Shown here piece after piece: positions 56,525 through 64,000 of a stretch of DNA of 64,000 nt. A model generated the notes under the pieces. That model saw only the letters and a program-made list of their open reading frames with translations. It did no database searches and was not told the origin of the DNA. Source of the DNA: Octopus sinensis (lineage: Eukaryota); NCBI RefSeq assembly GCF_006345805.1, contig NC_042998.1, positions 126,728,001-126,792,000 of the forward strand, in the 5' to 3' direction. A program made the position numbers and the translations under genes. Position 1 is the first letter of the stretch. Every line of letters starts with the position of its first letter.

Positions 56525-56570
56525 GACACCTGATGAAGGCTGGAGGGTATATCAGCTGAAACGTTATGTT
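56525..56570 (+). ncRNA. Minimal type I hammerhead motif (dimer type, GUU triplet, stem I mismatch)
   Basis: CTGATGA 56530-36; stem II GGCTG/CAGCT; GAAA 56558-61; palindrome AACGTT; stem I GACAC/ATGTT with a C-A mismatch at the first pair. Confidence 0.6.
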
Positions 56571-56659
56571 AACAACAAACTAGATGAGGACAAATATCCG
56601 TCAAATGTAAATTATGTAAATAATGTAAATAAAAGCTATTTCTTTAAGTAAGGGGCTGT

Positions 56660-57610
56660 CATTCAAATACGTAAGTTAATGCAAGTAGCCCCACTCCTCT
56701 CAACTCATCTACTCTGATACCATTTCCCTCCATTTCACTTCATCAGTCTCGTCATCACCTTAATACTCTTCTAATTTCACATAAAAACTTTCCTTTTAAA
56801 GATGCAATCATCATTAGGCGCGAAAAATAGCTTTGCATCTTTGAGGACATACATGATGTGTGATTCTTCCTACTATAACTCTTGCATGACCGAGTCTACT
56901 TATGCAATGCAAGTCAGTCGCTTCTTTAGAGAAACAGCTGATGTCAAACCGTCTACTGATTGTTTGTAATGAAACTCCGAATTAGGGCGTTTCCGGCTAT
57001 GTTATTTACCTTCTTCCCTGGACTACCTGTATGATGTGTCCTAAATGATGTGTGCGTTTCTTTAAAAAGATGATTATCGAGACCGCATCTCGCATGTGAC
57101 TTCACCCCTCATTTTTGTCAACCATACCGGCGGTGTGTTAATTTTTTTTGTTCCTGATTTAGAAGTGGCAGTGCCCACATTAATTTCACGGCCCATTTTC
57201 ATGGTACAGTGTCAGCCATAAATATTCTCCACTTTGTCAATTCTTTCATAATCCTTTGGTTAATTTCTTATAAATCTTGTTTATTCTCTTCGGTTATCTC
57301 TTCAGGCTCGTTTTCTCTATCTGGCTCCTACAAAATGTTTTTGCTTATCATCATCATTCACGTCCTTGATTAACAATTCGTATCCTTTCCTTATTAGCTC
57401 CGGCTTTGTCGTTTCTCATACGACACCTAGCTTCATTTCTTGCATGAATTTCTTTCCTTCCCTCCTGAATTAAGTCTTCTAGTCTTTCCTCATTTCCGTT
57501 CTTTATTTCGAATTTTCATTTTTCTCTTGGCCCATTCCCCAATCGTTTCTTGCATCTTCACTTCCTCCTGCGATTCAATTCTCGCCTTTGTGCTGTATGT
57601 CCTAAAAACA
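56660..57610 (-). mobile_element. Decayed coding-like relic of an unidentified TE
   Basis: Charged, coding-like stretches on the minus strand (..NEERLEDLIQEGRKEIHARNEARC..) with many stops; no motif recognised. Confidence 0.25.
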
Positions 57611-57814
57611 CCAAACTTCGTTTCAGTAATAATATAATCTAAAACACATTTGATATATATTTGGTAAAAATAGTACCCAGGATATGTCGTTACAGATATT
57701 TTACGAACAAAGTTAGAAACAGCCGTAATATGTAGATATTTGGGAAAACACTTTATCCACGATTCATTTTACGAATGAAGTTAGGAACAAGGTTATAAAG
57801 CTCAAACAGAGTAG

Positions 57815-57905
57815 GCAGTGGGCTGGCAGAAACGTTAGCACGCCGAACAAAATATTTAGCGGCATTTCTTCCGACCTTAATTTCCGAGTTCGAATTTTGC
57901 AGAGG
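57815..57905 (+). mobile_element. SINE head fragment (same family as 46631)
   Basis: ggcagtgggctggcagaaacgttagcacgccg...gagttcgaatt. Confidence 0.6.
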
Positions 57906-58004
57906 TAAAATTTGAAATCAATGTATAACTAATAGAATAGATTGATAAATGTTCAATCTTGAATGATTAGCTATAGGACGCTTGCATCAACTAGTCAGAT
58001 AAAT

Positions 58005-58073
<69 letters not shown>

Positions 58074-59485
58074 GGGGGCAAGCAAACGCTACTGGTTCAG
58101 TACACGTACTGATACGCACCTACGATCGCTAATGGCGTGAGTTCATAATCATATCCCATTACTCCCTCACATACATACACATATGTAGCTAATTGCATTT
58201 TGCATGTGCGCCAATAGCTTTTGTATGTATGAGAGTGTATTTGTATGTGTGCACGTGCTAGCAACATTCTTTTGAAGCTCTCTTAATTCCTTCTCTCTCT
58301 CTCTCCCTCTCTCTCAATGACTCAAGCACATTTGCCATTCCTTTTCTGTAGTTTGACAGATTGTTGACACAACCAGTATATATTGTTAGCTCTTAAATAA
58401 TAGATTGCTGGTTAATTCGCCAGCCTGAAACCACTGGTATTAGAAATATAATGTAAATTCATACCAGAATATAAACACATACATACATATATATACACAC
58501 TTATGTCAAAATGTACACACACACACACACACACACACGTATTTACATGCACATATAAATATACATGCACATATACAAATATACATACATATGTATTTCT
58601 ATACATATATGTTTATATGTTAGCATATATATGTTTATATGCTTGCATATATATATATATATATATATATGCTTACGTAGATATATATACGTGTGTATAC
58701 AAAAATGCATACAGATACATACACACACATAACGATGTATACAAACATGTATTTATGTATGCATACTTGAGTGATGCCGTGCTGCATAGTTCTGTATGTA
58801 ATATACAAAACATAAATACATACATACTATATATACATGAATACATACTTACATTCATACATACATACATACATACATACATACATACATACATACATAC
58901 ACATATAGAAATGTAAATACATGTAAGCATGCAACGTTCATGGGTTTCCCAACATATATTTTGTTGGCTTACACCAGCTGTCGACTATTTAGTGTCGCTT
59001 GCAATGTCTCTTAACTTTCATAGTCCATTTCTCATTGCTGTAATATATCCTTCAAATTAGGTAGAACTGGCCATTATAAGGAGCAGAATAATGTATAATT
59101 AACGACTTTTTATGTTAAAGTGCACTGCTGACATAAACATTCACCTTGCAACTTGTTCAAGTGCTTTGAAGAACAGGTAGGGTTTATAACTAACATGCGC
59201 TGTCAGTGAAATTACTAGACATTCCCGGATGGCGAAAATGAAAACTTCATACTTTAAAAATTTCATACTCAGTTTAGCTGATAATTTAGGAGTCAAAGCC
59301 TCAGTGTTGTTAAATATTTTATTATTTCAATAGATAGCCTTTCACAGGATACCCATTGACATTAAAGTTTGGTTCTAAAAAGTGGTATAAGCATTGAGTG
59401 ATTGCTTTTGTTGTTGATGTTTTTAATGATGGTGTGACATTGCTATTGTCATAATTGTTTTGAATATTTTTCGTTTAATCTTAAG

Positions 59486-59681
59486 GCCGGGATTGCATCA
59501 CCATCGAACCCTGAACAACTTATTATAGCTCTGGAACCGGAAGCCGCTTCAATATACTGCAGAAAGTTGAGACTCTATCAATTGGTACCGGATACTCCTA
59601 CATTGCATCCTTTAACATCGCCAAATAAAAAAAGTCCCGAGGTCATCAATATGGACATGGCATGTTCGGATTTAATTCCCG
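59486..59681 (+). CDS. HSPA12A: Internal coding exon of HSPA12-like gene ([66 protein letters not shown])
   Basis: Not in the ORF track; translated by hand. Acceptor TTAAG|GCC, donor CCCG|GTAAGC, 196 nt (65 codons +1). Contains [12 protein letters not shown] and continues in frame from the 27849 exon. Confidence 0.93.
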
Positions 59682-59869
59682 GTAAGCTATTGCCCCGATT
59701 ATAAAAATCCCTTATGTTTTGGGGTTATTATTTTATTATTTCACTAATTTCAATCATTAGATTAAAGCCTTCAGGAATTTTATCTGATCATATAAACCTG
59801 AATTAATAATTCCCTCGATATAGAAAAAGTAAGCGACGTTTTGAAACATGAAATTCATCACAGTCTATT

Positions 59870-60800
59870 TCAACCATGCGGAAATTTTATTCATCAAAGT
59901 AAGTTTCATTACAATTAACCCATTTGTTTCCAATGAGTTACAAGTTTGTATATTCTGGTAACATAAACATTTGGAGTTCTGGAGCTGATGGACTCTTTGA
60001 ACGCACTTTCAGGATTGGTTTGATTTTTGAACTCCTTATCTAGCAGGAAACCATCAAGATACTTGAAAAAGTGGTAATCGGTAGGAGAAAGGTCTGGGGA
60101 ATAAGGTCGGTGGGGAAGAACTTCGTAACCAAGTTCCCTCAACTTCCGGAGCGTCATTAGTGAAACGTGTGGTCGAGCATTGTCATGACGAATGATTGGT
60201 CCTCTTCTGTTGACCAGTCTTGAACGGAGTAGTAGCAGTTTTTCGTTCATTTTGGCAATTACATGGCAATATGTTTCTGCAGTAATGGTTTTTCTGCGTT
60301 TTAAGAAGTTATAGTGGATCAGTCCAGCGGTACACTACCAAACAATCACCATAACCTTTTTTTTTAAAAGCTCGGGTTTAGGGAAGGTTTTCGGTGCTTC
60401 ATTGTGGGCAAACCACTGCGAAGAATGTTTTTTTTTATTATTGTACAGAATCCACTTTTCAATACGGCCGAGAAAGAAGTCGGTCTGTTTACGGAGAAGA
60501 AGCAATGAGCAAATTTCATATCTGCGCATTTTCTGATTTGCATTCAAATCGTGTGGTACCGATTTTCCGATCGCATGCAAATGGTTGCAAGGAATTTCCT
60601 GGCTAACTTGAAGTTCTTTTGTCAATTCTCGAGTGGTTTTACGTGGATCATTCTCAATGACGGTCCTTAATTCACCGTCATCGATGACAGATGGGCGTCC
60701 ACTACGCTCACGATCTTCAAGGCTTAGGTCTTCTCTGCGAAATCATGTAAACAACTCTCTGGTCATTGCTCGAATATCGCACTTTGACAGTTCCATTTCA
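59870..60800 (-). mobile_element. Mariner transposase relic in an HSPA12 intron
   Basis: HDNARPH, YSPDLSPTDYHFF, KKVMV.VW, EKWILY; frameshifted. Confidence 0.9.
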
Positions 60801-61439
60801 GATGATTGTAACAACGGTGAAAAATAGCAATGTTAATTTAATGATGCATTTGGGCAAGTCTATATCTGTATTATCAGACAATTTTTTTTTATAAAATTCA
60901 AAACTGCAAAAATCCGGTACGAATTCTTCATGGTTCAAAACGTTGCCTCCTTTTTACTCAATCTGATATATTTATCAAAGAGCTAAACTATATTTTTTGA
61001 CGCACCACCGATTTGCACCAGTTAACTTAACCCCCACCTTCACGTACATAATACTAGAATATCAGGTGATAGCGCTAAGCAGTGATGTGTATAAATACAA
61101 ACTTGTTTACATATTCGAACCGTAAGAAAGCCATTCACTATATTTCGTCATGGAGAAAATTTCTCGTTGTTGACAAATCGGTGTAAATACACTGAATCAG
61201 CTCGCAGCGTCACCTGACTAGACTGTTGGTCGTATGCATTTTGGTGTAGTTATCTGCTCTTCAGTCACAGAAAACAGACAAGGCGGAGCTGGGAGCTGAT
61301 ACGAGAGACTGTACCTCTCTTATGATATTCCCTTCATAGTACAAGTATTTGAACTGATAACAAGTTTGTATATAATAATAATTATGACTAGCTCTAGAAG
61401 AGAGAGGACTGAAAACAATTTTAGAGTATGTATGTATGT

Positions 61440-61630
61440 TATATATGTAGAGTATTCACGAAAAAACAACAACAAAAGACGAAGAGAGGTGGTGTAGAAA
61501 ACAAACATATGTATTAGTATAACGTTCGGGAATTGAAAAAGTCTTTAACGTTTCGAGCCTACGCTCTTCCACAGAAAGGAACACAGAAAGAAACAAGGAG
61601 AGAAAAAAATGTGTGTAGTGGCTACCGATC
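61440..61630 (-). mobile_element. PLE-type tail fragment with a variant-core hammerhead (61543-61578)
   Basis: Reverse complement cttt-CTGTGGA-A-GAGCgtagGCTC-GAAA-cgtt-aaag. Confidence 0.5.
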
Positions 61631-61635
61631 TATCA

Positions 61636-61693
61636 TGTATGTATGTATGTATGTATGTATGTATGTATGTATGTATGTATGTATGTATGTATG

Positions 61694-61733
<40 letters not shown>

Positions 61734-61797
61734 CATCTACCTACCTACCCACCTACCTACCTACCTACTACCTACCTACCTACCTACCTACCTACCA

Positions 61798-61886
<89 letters not shown>

Positions 61887-62028
61887 ACACATTAAATTCT
61901 CTCTTATTTTTACAAGTAGATTATATGGTATGTATGTATGTATGTATGTATGTATGTATGTATGTATGTATGTATGTATGTATGTATGTATGTATGTATG
62001 TATGTATGTATGTATGTATGTATGTATG
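61636..62028. repeat. Compound microsatellite (TATG)-(TATC)-(CTAC)-(TATC)...(TATG)
   Basis: Direct reading. Confidence 0.95.
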
Positions 62029-62136
62029 TGCTTCTGTATGCGCATATATATATATATGAGCAAATAATTTATATGCCTGAATTTATATTTGGTCCTTTTC
62101 TGTGTGATATGTAAAATAAATTTTGTCATTTTTCAG

Positions 62137-62259
62137 GTATGAGGTACATGGTGGTGGATTGCGGCGGAGGCACAGTTGACATTACTGTTCATGAGCTAGA
62201 AAGCAGTGGTTTGTTGCGAGAACTGTATAAAGCCACAGGGGGTGCGTTTGGAGGCACTG
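62137..62259 (+). CDS. HSPA12A: Internal coding exon of HSPA12-like gene ([42 protein letters not shown])
   Basis: Acceptor TTTCAG|GT; phase 1 matches the previous exon (G|GT = Gly); donor ACTG|GTAAGT; Hsp70 phosphate-2 motif [10 protein letters not shown]. Confidence 0.93.
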
Positions 62260-62437
62260 GTAAGTACTTGCATGCTTACTTCACAATCAAGCTCCTAAAA
62301 CAAATTAAAAGTTTTTCAGATTTAGAGACGAGGCTAGTAAATTCGAGGAGAGGAGTTTAGTCGATGCCATCAGCTCTTCTACTTCACTGGTGCCTTAGAT
62401 TTGAACTGTCTTAAAACAAAATAATTCTTTCTAATTT

Positions 62438-62865
62438 TGGCAGAAGGCCAGCAATTTTGAAGGGAGGGAGCAAGTCGATTCTATCGTCTCCCAATACTTG
62501 ACCGACTCTGAAAGGATGAAAGGTAAAGTTAAATCCAGTGGGACTTGAGCGCCGAGCGTAAAGAAGGACGAAATGTCGTAAAGCACTTTGTTCGGCACGG
62601 TAACAATTCTACCAGTTTACCGCCATATCCTTAAGGATAAAATAATTCTTTCTATTATAGGCATAATGCCTGAAACTTTAAACCTTGGGGAAAGGTGCTA
62701 GTCGATTACATCGACATCAGTGCTCAACTGGTACTTATTTTATCGACTTCGAGAGGATGATAGGCAAAGTCGGCCACGGTGGCGTTTGAACCAAGAACGT
62801 AAAACTGCAAGAAATACAGTAAAGCATTTTTTCCGGCGTGCTAACAATTCTGCCATTTCACCTTA
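62438..62865 (-). mobile_element. Two degenerate tandem SINE copies (46631 family)
   Basis: aggatgaaaggtaaagt / aggatgataggcaaagtc, gtcgatt, ctaacaattctgcca on the reverse strand of the family consensus. Confidence 0.65.
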
Positions 62866-64000
62866 TCCTTAAACATAATAATAAATCATATTAAGTATAT
62901 TTAACACCTTTTAATGATAATAATAATGATAATGAAAAGTACAGTAGATTGAATTAACTCTTGTATGCGACTAGTACTTAGTATTTACCGATACTGGTAA
63001 GATTTGAGTTCAGAACCTAAAAGAAAAAGACTAAGAGGTTCCCAAAAGATTCGTTCAGCGGCGCTTTGCAATTTCTGTCAGTTTGGCTTCTTGAATGATT
63101 ATATACGGTTATAACGCACATTATGATATCTGCACGTATGTAGATGTACATAAATCTATCTATCTATATATACTTGTATGTACAAATTTATTCCACGCAC
63201 ACACACACGCACATACACATGTAGTTTGAATATGTGTTTGCATGTACGTCTGGGTCAAAAGCACAGTGGGTATTGGAAAATTTCATTTATAGCAGCCTTT
63301 ATTCTCAGTCTTGCACTGTAAATCATTCGTGTTTCAATAGTTAGCGGAATAAAATATTTTCAGTGATGTTCCAGCATATCTTCTAGTCTATTTTCCTTAA
63401 TTAAACATAATATCTGCATTCACATTGGAATCGCTACGAATGTCATTATATAAGTTATAACGATAACTGGATAGTCGGCAGGCGAAGCTTGACAAAATTC
63501 AATACAAATTGTATACCGAATATAATAAGACTCTCTAGAAAAGCTATGTATAAACGAACTTTTCTTTTCTCTTTGCGTTATGTCTTCCTGAAAGCAAGCT
63601 GTGGATATGCCGTGTTTGCTGTAATAATGTTCTACATCATATTGATACGCAACTAAAATAATCACCATTGCTTTCCCGCTGTGTAAGCTGACTTCTCTGA
63701 GATAATTGATAGTTTTACTAACGATGTCATCAAGTAAACGTTTTGATCAATTAGTTTTATTCTGTAATGGAATGCAAAGACAGATATTGAATGTTTACGA
63801 ACTTAACAGATGCTGTTGTTCTTGTTGATGTAGGCTTTATTGTTTTTAACGACGATAATACTGAAGCTGAATATAAAGATCATCATGTTGATCATAATCA
63901 TCTTCCCATCACCCTTTTCATCATCTCCTCCTCCTCATTCTCACCACCACCTTACTTTTTACCTTTTCTTCTTCTTCTTCTTCTTCTTCTTCTTCTTCTT

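Overview
AT-rich, microsatellite-dense animal genomic DNA. The repeat families suggest an octopod cephalopod, which is an inference. The only host gene I can support is an HSPA12A/B-like atypical Hsp70 on the + strand. Three internal coding exons join in frame across GT-AG introns: 27628-27849, 59486-59681 and 62137-62259. The gene extends past the right edge of the window, and no upstream exon was found in 1-27627. The rest is intronic repeat: tRNA-derived SINEs, mariner/Tc1 relics and MITEs, CR1-, Tx1- and R4-like LINE fragments, a Helentron-type element, and at least four fragments of Penelope-like elements of the Naiad type (YRDD RT, GIY-YIG endonuclease). The most notable unexplained structure is a set of minimal, dimer-type hammerhead ribozyme motifs. 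One has an intact core at 8641-8727. Another belongs to a composite tRNA-head plus hammerhead-tail element with an inverted upstream tail copy (55525-56630), a candidate Penelope-mobilised SINE. There is also an apparent SINE/Tx1 shared 3' tail, two LINE families inserted into specific microsatellites, and several large inverted repeats. A 100-N gap lies at 19296-19395. All family assignments come from motif recognition by eye, without database searches.
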